DNA from: Vezdaea acicularis
Taxonomy: Eukaryota
Direction of reading: 5' to 3'
NCBI GenBank assembly: GCA_026025075.1
Contig: JAPEUI010000047.1
Coordinates: 1 to 64,000, forward strand
Length of the DNA: 64,000 nucleotides
Every line of letters starts with the position of its first letter. Position 1 is the first letter of the stretch. Below, in pieces: positions 27,105 through 39,800 of the stretch. Below the pieces are notes generated by a model. The model was not told the DNA's origin and did not search any database. It saw only the letters and a program-made list of their open reading frames with translations. A program made the position numbers and the translations under genes.

Positions 27105-27642
27105 ATGGGGTCCGTAGTATTACCACATCTCGTCACAGGCTGGCATGTTGACCAAGCTATTATGTCTGAAGAAGAGCGCTTAGTCGTCATTCGCTTTGGG
27201 CGAGACTGGGACCCCGATTGCATGCGCCAAGATGAAGTCCTTTATCGTAAGTAGCATATCCGTATTTGCCCCGCAATCTGTGCTAAGCCTTGTGCGTAGG
27301 TATCGCTGATCGAGTCAAGAACTTTGCTGTCGTCTACGTGTGCGATCTCGACCAGGTCCCAGACTTCAAGCAGATGTACGAACTTTACGATCCAGTCACC
27401 CTCATGTTCTTTTTCCGCAACAAGCATATGATGTGTGATTTTGGTACAGGAAACAACAACAAGCTGAACTGGGTGCTGGAAGATAAACAGGAGCTGATTG
27501 ATATCATCGAAACGATCTATAAAGGGGCGAAGAAAGGCAGAGGTCTTGTTGTTAGTCCGAAGGGTACGTGCCACTTTTTGAGAGCTGTTTCTATCATGCT
27601 AATTCAATCTCTTTAGACTATTCAACTCGCTACCGATATTGA
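27105..27642 (+). CDS. DIB1: U5 snRNP thioredoxin-like protein Dib1/Dim1; exons 27105-27246, 27300-27563, 27617-27642
   Basis: MGSVVLPHL..GWHVDQAI..EEERLVVIRFG, FFFRNKHMMCDFGTGNNNK, KGRGLVVSPKDYSTRYRY*. Confidence 0.97.
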
Positions 27643-27976
27643 GGTCGACGATTGACAAAGCATTTCGGAGGGCGCTTAAGCGCAGAGTAAGCTGTAATTG
27701 AAAAGGAGCTGGTTACGGTATTTGTTTATAGCTTCAGTGCTGTTTTCGTTGTTGGGCATTAGCAACAGTGAATGGAATCTTATCTGGATTGTGACATATG
27801 GCTGCTTTCGTTTGTGATATTGACTAGGACCTAGATGTGTAGCGCAAAATTCCTTTTGAGTCTCAAAAAACTCATGACTCCTGGTAAGAGACACGACTAT
27901 GTGTATTAGAGTTGGTAATGTCCTTCAAAGAGCAACCTATTATAAATTAGCAAATAAAAGTTGAAGTCGTCAAATC

Positions 27977-28065
27977 GGTTGCATAGTGTAGTTGGTTATC
28001 ACATCGGATTCTGATTGGCCTATCGGTGTCTTCCGGGGACTTGGGTTCGATTCCCAGTGCGACCT
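27977..28065 (+). tRNA. tRNA-Gln(CTG) with ~16-nt intron
   Basis: GGTTGCA/TGCGACC acceptor stem, TAGTGTAGTTGGTTATCAC D-arm, TCGGA-TTCTGA[intron]T-TCCGG anticodon arm, GGTTCGATTCC T-loop, followed by a T-run terminator. Confidence 0.93.
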
Positions 28066-28312
28066 TTTTGGCTACTGGTCCGACACAAGAATGGACTATC
28101 TTCTGTATTTTTAGCTCCTGATCTGGCGACAGACAAAATGGATCAAACACATAGCTGAGATGACGCCGCTGGGACGCCCTGAAGGGCCGAGATTCTCGGG
28201 ACAATTTCGAACTCGTTGCTCTTGTTTTGATGATCACATTTTCTGTTAAAACAACCACGCGTCTGAAGAGGAAATCCGATGGCTCGAGGCATGTTTGGGT
28301 CTTTTTGACAAA

Positions 28313-31300
28313 ATGAAAGAGAAAAGGGCCGGCCCGCCAATAGAGCTGGAGAAAGCATCTGTAAAAAGACAGAAGCTTGAGGTCAAAATTCAATACGCTC
28401 ACCAACTAAGGGAGTTGCTCACTTTTCGCCAAGATGCACCTCAAGCCCAGAAAGAAGGTCAGTATGCGGAACTTCATTAGGGGTTTCCTTTCTTGCTAAC
28501 GCATGATCATAGGGATCCAGGTCTTCAGAGCTTTCTTGCAAGGTTTTAGTGCAGGCTCCCAGGAAGACTTGACCATTCTTAAAGAATATCTGGACTCTCA
28601 AATACCAAAGGCCGCGGTTGACGATGACAAGTTTGCGACATATTTGTCTGATATAATGGAAGCTTGGAGTTTTGCATCCCAATCTAATAACGAATCACTG
28701 CTTTCAGCTATTCCTGCAGTCCTTGCGATCCTACTGAGGACTATATCTACTAAAATTGACCTTAGAGAACAGGGCCTTCGGCTATGTAAAACACTACTAC
28801 TTCCTCAACAGCTCAAATTACTCTCAAAGAGCCTAAGCTCTAACAAAGTGAAAGAACACATCATCTCTCCATGCCTCAAGCTACTCACAGAGATCGTATC
28901 CTTTGATGGGGGCGCTGTCGCCAAACATGTTCATTCAAAGCATGAGTTCACTCTCAATGGTTTAGCACGTAATCTAGGTCTTCGTAAAGCGATAACTCAG
29001 GATCTTGTGAATGACAGAAAAAGGCCTTCTGTGCGAACGAATGCCATTCGGTTTCTTCTAGCATCCCTCAATTGTCTTGAACCGAACGCAAAAGCAGACC
29101 TATTAGACCGGAGAGACATTTTCAGTGCCTTATTCAAAGATATAGAGCAAGATCCCTCTGATGTCATCAGCTCTGTGTTGAATACTCTTACTTCAAAAGT
29201 GGTTCTTGACGAGAAACTCAACAGGAAAGTAAAATGTCAACTATTCAAGGACTGGACACTAGGTCGTATAGCGTCGTTGTATGGATACAGCCTACAGCAA
29301 GATCCTGAGCTTCTTAAACCCGTTCAAGTTCAAGCCCACGAATTTCTTATGCTTGTCTGTGGAGATCCTAGCCATGGCGTTTTGAATTCTCAAACCGGTT
29401 GGTATCCTCCTGGACTAGACAGGGATCAGCCTGATTTGGAAAGAGAGAACATCGATGATCTGGTCTGGATCGTCGATAATACCGCCGACTCCATCCAATA
29501 CAAGACCCCAATTCGGAATCTCAAGCTTTCGTCGTTTGCTCAAACCCTACGGCCTTGGGCAAGCAATTTACAAAGAGAACTGCTTCTTCATATTTTCACG
29601 GCTGCTCCTGATGTAGTCGCGAACTACTTTGTCAAAAAGCGGGGTTTTACTTTTGATCCGAAGCTCACTTGTACATGGATCGGGTACTCCGCCTTTCTCT
29701 ATTCTAGCATAAGAATCCCAGTCCTACCTTTCTGTGGTAGGGCTGCTTCGTATGCGAGGCGACCGCCTCCAGAGGCAATTGTAATTGAGAGTGTCCTACC
29801 GTCGGCACTCACTCAAAAGGTAATTGCTCAATGTCTTAGTCACAGCTCAGCGTTGATTCGCTTTATCGCTATTCGTCTGTTACTTGTTGCCTTCGAGAAG
29901 CTTGAAAAGGTCCTAGAATCGTTTGAGTTGGCCGGGAGTGGTGATTTGAAGGCCTGGACTGAAGGCACTTCTAGTTTAATCCATCTTTTCAGCCTCCGCT
30001 GTCCGAAGCTGAAAGATATCGTACGAGTCTTTCGCTCCACTTCGGAGGAAGAGGTATTGCAGCGAGAAGCTACGGCTAGACTGATTTCATTTTACTACCG
30101 AGTCATGCCCCAGTTGGCCCTCGAGGAGGGGTTTGACGTCTCTCTAGATTTGGTAGCCTGCTTGAACCGCTCAAAGAAATCATCAGTCACAGGCAATAGC
30201 CACAAACTTGTCCTCCTGGAATTGGAGCATTTGCTGCGAATTGCGCGAGGTTCCTCGACAATAAGATGGTTTCACAAACCAGGTATGTGCAACCTTCCTG
30301 ATAACGCTGTACACATCTAACTCAAAAGATACGCTGGCTCTATCCCCGTTTACCACGGTCTTGAAGGTCCTCGTCGAAGCGCCAAGTGATCTGCACTTAG
30401 AGCTAACAGAAAACATTCTCTCATCCGTGGCTCGTCAAACATATATCCTCGCCCAAAGCGATGACTCAAGTTCTCTGACGGTTTTGCTAAGGAGCTTGAG
30501 AGCTGAAAGGACAATTGCAGCTTCCGATGTAGTCTACCAATTTCTGGATAACTGTGCGACTCGCTTTGCCCAGAAACCGGTCAAATACCTAGATGACCTG
30601 GCCGATATCCAGGCGCAGTCGGCCAGAGGTTCTCGTGAAGGCAATAAGCACTCTCCGAGCCCACTATTCATGACTCTCGTCGAACAGTGGCCTTTCGTTG
30701 AGAAATCTGCCACCTCGCAGCATGAGGTTTTCTCAATAGCTCAGTGGATTACCCATTATATAGCAGAGTCTTGGCACGCCGGTGAAGACAACGCAGAACT
30801 ATCTGCTATACGCCAAGCCATTGTTCGATCGTCACTCAATAAGAGATGCCAACAGATATTCTCAGAAGTCCCCTCTGTTTCAAGACAGGTAGCACTTGAG
30901 GCACGTCCGCTAAAGACTGATGAGCAGTCAGGAGATATGATAGCTGGCAATGAGAATGCCGAGTTGGCGCCTCAACCGCAAGTTTCCAGCTTGGCTTATG
31001 ATATACCACCTCGAGTTGAGCCTAGTGTTGCTTTACTGAGGTGGGCTGACAAAGAAGTTGAGGATGCCGCGACTCAAGGCCACATTGGAGCCCTCATATT
31101 GTGTCTTTGCTCGGATGAAGCCATAGTCAGAAGACAGGCCTTCATGAATCTTGGTGAACTTTCAAAGAGGTTAGAAAAGTCAATACACTTGGAAAGTGAG
31201 CCAATTGCTTTGGTAATTGAAGAACTCCTTTACACGGCAAGGAGCTTCATCAAAGGCCGTCCATTACCCTCGTATCTTGGGTCTTTTGCCGCTCAAGCGG

Positions 31301-31868
31301 TCCTGATACAGTCAAACCCTCGCCATCGTATTTATCCTAAACTCAACAAGTTCTTACAAGCAGGACCCAAGTGGGATGAAGACAAGGTGCCACTGGTACG
31401 GAAAATTTTGCTGAGCCCGCCATCAGAGGATGACACGTACTACGAAGAGATCGAATGGCTTCTGGGTGTTATATTGGATGGCTTATTAAACACTGATGTA
31501 AGAATGCTTCTCGCTCGCTACGAAGAAGTGATCTAATCATAAAACAGGACTTGAACGTGTACCGACGTAGTAATATTTTTGAGTCTCTCATGTCGCTCTA
31601 TACCTCCCCTTTCTTTCCGTCTCGCCTAGGAGAGAAGATACTCAGTATTGTCGCAAGATCTACTGTTATTGTGGGGGGAAGTACGACACTCGTCACTCGG
31701 GCAGGGTGCATTGGTTGGCTACAAATATTGCAAGGAGTACAGAAATTGAATCCTGCTACACTCCAGAGTCTCGGACAGCGAATTTCTGATACATGGGAAA
31801 ACGATCGGGTAGATGCCTGGAGCGACGGCACCATGAGCGCCATGATAGGGAGGCTTGTAAGCTTGTAG
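28313..31868 (+). CDS. URB1: Nucleolar pre-ribosome-associated protein Urb1/Npa1-like; introns approx. 28458-28512, 30283-30328, 31498-31547
   Basis: SPCLKLLTEIVSFDGG, PSVRTNAIRF, FDPKLTCTWIGYSAF, SPFTT, C-terminal YPKLNKFL and D..VYRRSNIFE.LMSLY segments characteristic of Npa1; introns restore frame. Confidence 0.85.
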
Positions 31869-32744
31869 AATAGAAACAAGCGAGGCATTGTAAATATGAA
31901 GCAAATAAATCTGAAAGTTGAGAGTACTTCAATGCCATCTCTAGAGGGTCGGTAGCGACGTCCAAAGGGGATCGTAAAGTCTAGGTTGCACCTGAAGGAA
32001 ACAACCATTCGGGTGACCCAATATTCGATCATAATCGATATGCCAGGGTTTGATGCTGGCGCACGGATGCATAGACTCTACGCCCGATGGCACCGAGAAA
32101 AATCCAAGACCCGATCCAATCTTACACAACTTTCACTGAATAAACTCCAAAACGGCTTGCAAGTACTGCAGGACGCTGTGTCGATTCCTGTGAGCTTCTG
32201 TTTCGCTTGGCGCCCCTAAGGCTACAGGAGCACCTGTATAATTTCAAGACATTTAGGCGGGGGAGGAACAAAGTCCAGCTGAACCCAAGTCCTAAACTGC
32301 TTCTTCCTGCTTTCTCCTTCGACTCCTCGATCTGTTGTACGTAATAGAAATAGCACCTTTCCATGATCAACAAGTTTTCCCTCAACACCTCTTTCACCAA
32401 TATCTTGACCATACCCTAACACTCTCACCACAACCCCTTCAATCCAATGCCCATGCCGCTTTATTCATCACGTTCTCAACACAAATTATCCTCCGCGTCA
32501 TTATATTTGGTCCAGAGAAACACTCGCCGAGCTTTCCTCTCTCTTAGTTCACGCACCTTCACCATATGATCACAATCCACGTTTGCGGAAGAAAACAGAA
32601 GTGCCCTCTCTGCTGCATTCACGACTCTGCACACAAGAACCTCAGTCTAACGGATCTCCTACCCCAAATCCTTTTCCCGGAATCAAACACTATCAGCGTC
32701 TCTGGAAGTTGAATCCCCTAGATGATCTCATCTCATAGGGCATC

Positions 32745-34954
32745 ATGAATGGACGCTATACAACGGAGCAGCTCTTGCGGCTGAAGAAATCCCCCTTAGC
32801 TCAAAAACCAGACAGATTGCCTCCCATAGAAGAGTGGATGCCTCAGCAAGATACGGTACGAGAGCCTCAGAGAAAACAGCTAGGTCCAAGAAGCTCGTTT
32901 GGTAGAGCGAACACAGAAGATCCGGCCGCACTCGATGGCGCTAGTAGAAGGCCGGCTATATTTGAGACGAGACACGTATCGAGAGGATCTAGCACAGTTC
33001 CTGAAGACATCATCTTGGGGCCACCTAAAACTTCATTTCAATCGGCGGTTTCTTCGCGCACCTTCGGAAAGGCTCTGGAATCACCAGATAGGCGACGAGC
33101 TGGGACTCTTGATGAGGAGCCTAATGCCCAGGATAGACAGGCAATAAGGGAGATGTTCTTTAGAGATAGACCTGATAGAGAGGGCGAGAAGTCAAAGGAC
33201 ACGAAAGCTGGAGTTCTTAGTAACAGACGAAGTGGGCGAGAGGATACGGATGGATGGACAAGCGTGCGGCCGCGCAAGAGCTTCGGCCATGAAGATGAGG
33301 ATAAGCCTACTAGACATGGTGGTAATCGAGAGTCAAGGGAGATCAAAGATCGAACCACAAGGTCTTTTGACCATTTTTCTCGTGATAGAGAGCGCGAAGC
33401 TGAGAAGGATTCCCCAGCACGGCGTAATGGGGCTGGTCGAGCGAGGAATGAGGTAAGTTGGTTTAGGGAGAACGATCACCAGACCACCAGAGAACGAGAG
33501 CCTCAGAAAGAGGGGGCAAGAGATCGGGAGTGGAGAGACAAAGATAGGCGACATGAGGTGGGACGGGAAAATGGTGAACGGGTGGAGAAAGATCCGGAAT
33601 GGATGGCTACTTCACTGCCGGAAGAGAAGAAAGAAGCGCATACTGCTGAGGACTTTCAGAGGTGGAAAGAAAGAATGAAGGCGTTAACCGGAGGGCCAGT
33701 CGAGAAGAAACCGAAACCAGAGGAGAGCACAAGTGGCGTTTTTCGGACTGTCTCTGGACCCGCGAAACTTTCAACAAAAGACGATAACCCTATCATCATG
33801 GATACGTCGAACGATAAATTCTTTGGGATATGGGGTGAACCAAGGCAGACAGACGAGCAGTCAACTTTGGAGGCGCAACAGCCATCGTCAAGAAAGGAAA
33901 CTAGTAAAGCTGGAGCGGCAAAGGCTTCACGCTTTACTTCTTTCTTTACGCCACAGGACGAAGTCCGGCATAAACTAGGAGTCCAGATACAGCACGAGCC
34001 TCAACCTTTACAACATCCTGCTCCTGATAGGGACTCTTCCGCTGACCAAGAAGGCTTCCAACGCGTTATGCAAATGCTGGGAGCAACTAACATAGGATCA
34101 GGGAATTCTACGCCACAAGTCAACCCTTCACAGCAGTCGCAGCCTCCGGGTTCTAAGATGCCATCGTCCCAAGCCCAAGCGAACGGCCCACCTCAGGATG
34201 ACACAAGACATTCAAGAGGTTTTCAGGAGCTGTTCTTGAGCCAGCAAGCTCAAGCGTCCGGCGGTTCAAACCGCGATAGTGAGTTTCTATTTGGGCTCAT
34301 GCAATCAAGACCCAAACCCGGGCAAAACGAACAGAGAGGGATAAGCCAGCCGTCATTCCAAAATCAAGACGAGGGTATGCATCCCTATGGAGGTCGACAA
34401 GCGACATCGGGTGCAAAACCCCCCAGCCCTCCACGTGGACAGCAGCCCCTTCCAGGCTTCTTTGACGACCCTAGTATTCATGAGATGAATCGCCGCCACC
34501 CTGGAAGTGCCCCAAGCCAGCCAAATCCAACACCAACAGCAATCCTACAACGGCCTCCTCCTGGCCTGGAGCAGATCCCTTCGGGATGGCCACCGTCACA
34601 GATACCGCCACCTCAACAGAGGCATATCCCACCCCCCCCTGGTTTAAGCAACGCTCGTGGTGGCCCGTTCCCACCGTTCCCTCCGCCACCGCCCGGCATG
34701 TTCCCGCAGGATATGGGTCATTTACCACCTGGCATGCCTCCACCTTTCTTTGGCATGAATGGCCCGCCCCCAGGCTATCCGCCTATCCCGTATGGGATGA
34801 TGCCGCCAGGTCAACAAGGGAGGCCACAGGGGCCGCCATTTGACATGTTTGCCGCTGAAGGTACTGGTGGAAGGGGGCCACCTCCAGGTCAGTCCAGCAG
34901 ACCTAGAAGTTATCATCGATAGCCTAGCTTACTGACGCCGCATAAGGCCTGTGA
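32745..34954 (+). CDS. Disordered Pro-rich protein with eIF4E-binding motif (4E-T/Eap1-like); unspliced stop 34922, possible final intron 34888-34946
   Basis: 725-aa ORF; N-terminal YTTEQLL (YxxxxLPhi), DPEWM, FQRWKERMK, SRFTSFF, multiple PPGPhi motifs. Confidence 0.75.
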
Positions 34955-35175
34955 CAATGGTGTCCGTCGCCGTTGAAGTTCTCTGTCTTGGGCCAGTCTT
35001 GTCCGCATAGCTCACTCTAGGGCGGAGTCAAGATGCCGGCGCCTTCCTTGCTTCTCTAGCGAATCCAGTGATTGAAGTGGAATCATCCTGTACTCTAGGG
35101 CTATGTACTCAACTTGAAACAGATAGGTTGCACGAGTGTGTCATAGGAATATAAAGTCCCAATGCTGACCTTTGT

Positions 35176-36135
35176 CTATCCATTTATTGACCCAAGAGAC
35201 TCCAACGCGCTTAGCAAACCCATCTTTCTGCGCCCAGACCCTGCATCAGTTACAGCCATGCTTACTCCATTAAGTAAGTTCGACTCCTTGCCCTGCCTCC
35301 TCGTTCTTGCGGTGTAGCTAGTCCTACTCAAGTCACTCGATGGCCTAGTTCTCCCTCGCATCATCCCTATAGCGGAGCAGCTATCTTGATCTGTCCATGG
35401 TCCCGAGCACGTTAATTGACTGGAGTCTTGAGGGGACTCTAACATCCACTGCTGCAACCGGTTCAGTCTTCTCTCGTCTCTCAACTCTACAATGCGCTCC
35501 GTCAACTCAAGCGGGATATCGTCCGGGTAAAGCGCATCTCGCAGATTTTGGACGATATTGTCCGTCGTGACAGCGTGCTGATCCCTCCAGAAGTTCCGCC
35601 AGTTCTGTAGGCAAATACAGCTCATGCGGCAGTGTTCCTGAAGCGTACGGTCACAGAGTTCGATGTGGCTTGGAAACGCCGGGATGACCACACGCCGACG
35701 CTCGGGGTGGTCTGCGTCCGGGACCATGCAGCAGCCCCTTAGGTTTCCGTTCGGGTTCCCGGCGTGGGAGCAGAGGTCTGTCAGGGAGGTGAAGTCGCTC
35801 CTACGGAAACGCGAGTCTGGAAGTCCATAGTGCCCATCGGGACCCGTCCCGGCCGGCAGCTCGCCAAAGCAGATAATGTCCAGCTCGCTCCCGAAGCCGT
35901 GTACGGTTGTGGAGGCCCGCCGAAGCTCCGCCCCAAGACTTTGGAGGATCTCCCTCATGGCTTCAAGTTGCTCGGGCGTGTATTCGAATGCATGTTGTAT
36001 GGGTGGTGTAATACGATCTACTTGTTGTCGATGTCCCCTTTGAGGCGGGTCTGGAGCTTGGATGAGAGAAGCGAAGAACAAGGGAAGGAGCAGGAAACAT
36101 AATGGGAGGAGTTTCATGTTTAGAGGCGTCTCCAT
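35176..36135 (-). CDS. Putative secreted cysteine-rich protein (319 aa), paralogous to 1648-2805
   Basis: Signal-like MKLLPLCFLLLPLFFASLIQA; FTSLTDLCSHAGNPNGNLRGCC and LCDRTLQEHCRMSCIC motifs. Confidence 0.7.
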   Translation of the reverse strand: METPLNMKLLPLCFLLLPLFFASLIQAPDPPQRGHRQQVDRITPPIQHAFEYTPEQLEAMREILQSLGAELRRASTTVHGFGSELDIICFGELPAGTGPDGHYGLPDSRFRRSDFTSLTDLCSHAGNPNGNLRGCCMVPDADHPERRRVVIPAFPSHIELCDRTLQEHCRMSCICLQNWRNFWRDQHAVTTDNIVQNLRDALYPDDIPLELTERIVELRDERRLNRLQQWMLESPQDSSQLTCSGPWTDQDSCSAIGMMRGRTRPSSDLSRTSYTARTRRQGKESNLLNGVSMAVTDAGSGRRKMGLLSALESLGSING

Positions 36136-36822
36136 TAGCTTAATTCCTCCAATCCATCGATTGATAGAGCAGTTGCCGATTCTGTGGATGATTATAAATG
36201 CTTGTCACATCTCGAGTCGCTTTCATCTCTCTGGCAAACCAAGTGCGGACCTGTCACCATAAAATGCATATTGGAGAACAGATAAATCGAGCTGTCTGGC
36301 ATGGCAATGTCTAGAAAAGTTAAAGTCTTATCTTAAACATACCCATGAGCAATAACACAAATGCCGCACTTCACATCCTCGCATGGTCTGTGCGTCGTCG
36401 CGAAGCTGTTCGCGGAGCTCTGCCAGGATGATACCATACATTGCTAAAACTATGAGTACCAGATTAGCACCAAATTGATAGTATTCATGAGGTATTTGGC
36501 GGGGTGTAAGAAGAGCAACCACAGTTTTAGCTTCTGGTGGTTGGAGTATGTGAATCCGCAAGAGCATAGCCTCGCCGCTTACAGACAAAGCCTCAACCTC
36601 ATAGCGGCCCAAAGTGATTTTACGAAGGAACTCACTTAACGTCAAATATCATGATGGTATAAGTTGCCATATGCTTTCACGCGAAGTAGCCATGTCGCGA
36701 GAACCTTACGATTGAAGCGCTATGCTCAAAATGGAAACCAGTATTGAGATTGGACCAAGACTGATGGTCAACGATCTTTAATCTAGAACGCCTAAGGATG
36801 CTAATATATAATTACAATAGAT

Positions 36823-39800
36823 CTAACCCCATGTTCCGCCACCGCCGCCACGGCCTTGTCTCTTTTGTGCAGACAAGCGCCAATCATCTTCATTTGCAAA
36901 CCTATTATGAAGCGGTTGAATTCGCTCTGCCTTCTTACGTTTAGACATGCGGTCTGTGGGTGCGACCTTAAAGAACGTAGGCGCTGCTTCGACGAGCCAC
37001 TTCGGTTCGATGGCCGTTGTACATTGCATATACTCTTTTGTTGTTAGGACCAGTGTATGGAAAATTACATGCTCAGCCGGCTTGCCAAAGAGCGCACTGC
37101 TTGGATGTAGGTAGACTGGAGTTCCCTCAATAAGTGTCTTATACCCTTCCGACGGATCTTTTCTTGCAGCGTTACGGAAAAACCCAGTACATAAGGCTTG
37201 GCGAACCTTCATTGTGTTCCGTCCGCAGCTGATGATAGGATGTTTATATCTTTCCATTATATTGACAAGTTGCTGTCGGACGTCTTGGGCTCGTCGCATA
37301 GACCTTGCTTGTATGAAATTCTCGAAACACCAAGGATTGGAGAACTTGTTATTCTTCCACCCATTATAGACATTCAATAAAGTCAAGTGGTCACCATGTG
37401 GATCGTGAAATTTAGACTTCTTCTGATCAGCCTGCTGCTGCTTCTCTTTTGGTCGGTAAAACACCGTTTGGACGGACAACATAGCAACTATGCTTAGAAG
37501 CTCATCTGAACAGCCTTTCTCCACAGAAGCAATGAGAACCTTTGCAAGCGCAGGTTCCATGGGAAAGTCGGCCATTTTACGTCCAAGTCGCGTCAACAGG
37601 CCCTCATCATCTAACGCGGACAGAGCATAGAGCTCCTCCAATGCTGTAAGCGTTGTGTTCGTTGGAGGAGGATCCATAAAGTCGAAATGAAGCAGGTCAT
37701 TGATTCCCATAGCTTTGAGCATCAATATGGTATGCGACAAATTTTGTCGTTGAATTTCTGGAATGGATGTAGGTAGCATCTCCGACTGGAATGCAGCTTC
37801 CGTGTATAACCGATAGCACTTCCCAGGTCCTGTTCTTCCAGCACGTCCAGCACGTTGCTTTGCTTGAGCTTGCGAAATCGGTGTCACAACTAGCGAGTCC
37901 ATCCCAAGCTTGGGATCGTACGCGTTCTGCTTGACAAATCCTGGGTCGATTACATAATAGATTTGATCGATGGTGATAGAGGTTTCAGCGATGTTTGTAG
38001 CAATTACAACCTTTCGGCTGCCTTCTGGTGCCGGATCAAAGATTTTGCTCTGCATGTCACTAGGTAGGGCAGAATATACGGGGAGGATGATCAACTCCGG
38101 TACACCCGGTCCTAATGCTTTCATCCTTTCGTACAGGATCTCACAGCTTGTGTCAATCTCCTCCATTCCTGTAAGAAATAGAAGAATATCACCACGGGGC
38201 TCTGTCAGATGGATTTGCATGACAGTGACTAGAGCTGCGTCGAGATAGTCTGACTCTGGCTCCCTCGCAAACATGATTTCGACTGGATACGTTCGACCAG
38301 GAATAGACAAAATGGGGCACTCATTAAAGTAGGATGAGAACTTATCAGCATCTAGAGTAGCAGATGTGACAATCAGTCGAAGGTCTGGTCGTCGTTTCAA
38401 TGTCTTTTTCAGTAGTCCGAACAAGACATCCGTGGCTATCGTCCGCTCATGGGCTTCATCCAGCATGATTACGGAGTAACGCTTCAGGTCAGGGTCAAGT
38501 AAGACCTCTCTTTGAAGCATGCCATCCGTCATATATTTGATCTTAGTGTCAGGGCCCGTCTTGTCCTCGAAACGAATGGTGTACCCCACTTCGTGTCCTA
38601 AAATGCAGCCGACTTCTTCCGAGACTCGCTTTGCTACTGACATGGCAGCGACACGTCGAGGTTGTGTACAACCAATCATACCATCATTGGCAAATCCCGC
38701 TTCAGCAAGATACTGCGTAAGTTGAGTAGTCTTGCCTGATCCCGTATCACCGACGACGATTAAGAGCTGGTTATCTTTAACGGCTTGTATTATCTGTGAC
38801 CTGAACTTGAAAACGGGTAAACTCTCTCGTTGCTCTTTGATAGTCATGTTTGTTCTCCTCCCGAGCGACTGATCTTTGCTTTGTGTTACTCTTTTCCATT
38901 CGGGAAGCTCCTCAGTGCCTTTGTTAGCTAATGAGTTCCTTAGATCGGTAGCAAACTTCCGCTGTTCCGGGGCAATCATAGGATCATTCCATTGCGCATT
39001 AAGGTCCACTTTCGAAGCTTGCTCCGCGGCCTTGTCCTGAGCTTCTTGCTGTCTCGTTTCTCTTCGTTCCTTTGCGAGTGATGCTCCAGACATAGCTGCA
39101 CGATTCAAAGACCCATCGGGTGCTTTGACAACTCGTATAGGAGAAAGCTCAAGCGACATCTTTGTCTGTCCTGCAAGGAAAGGTGGCTCTTCATCGCGAA
39201 CTTCAATATCGATATCTTCCTCTTCCTCGAAGTCTCCGCCCCTATTTATGGTATCGTTGTATTCTGCGTCGATGTCCGGGTAATCCTGAGCCCTAACAGC
39301 GCCCGAAGAAATCAGCTGCTTGATTTCCCACCTCTCTGGCGATGTCATGCGCTTCCGATTCCGATTAGACCTCTCAAACCCATCTCCCTCGACTACAGGC
39401 ACGCTGGTAGAATCGTTGTCGAGCTCATCATCCATACCATATAGTCGCTCCATATTCGCTCCAGAAGCTATTCGTTTTTGAGGGACCAAATCCCGCCCAG
39501 TAACTTGATCTACCTCCTTCATCGAGAGCCCTATCCGGTTCCCCTCGATTTTCAACACCTTCACTTTCACAGGTTGATTTCGAGAGACCAGGTCAGAAGG
39601 ATGATTGACACGAGCACCTTCTTGCATCGCAGATACATGAACAAGACCATCCACCTTTCCTCGGACTCCTTGTATATTGACGAATGCTCCGAAATCTTTG
39701 ACGCTTGTGACTCGTCCATCATATACCTTGAACAAGATCGGTTCATCGTCTATTTCAGGGGTGGGAGGTCGTCGAAAGCGGTCCTCCTCCCGATGCCTCG

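Noticed and set aside
36328..36645. 105-aa ORF upstream of the second secreted protein
   Set aside because: Non-ATG start, no recognisable domain; probably promoter/UTR sequence.
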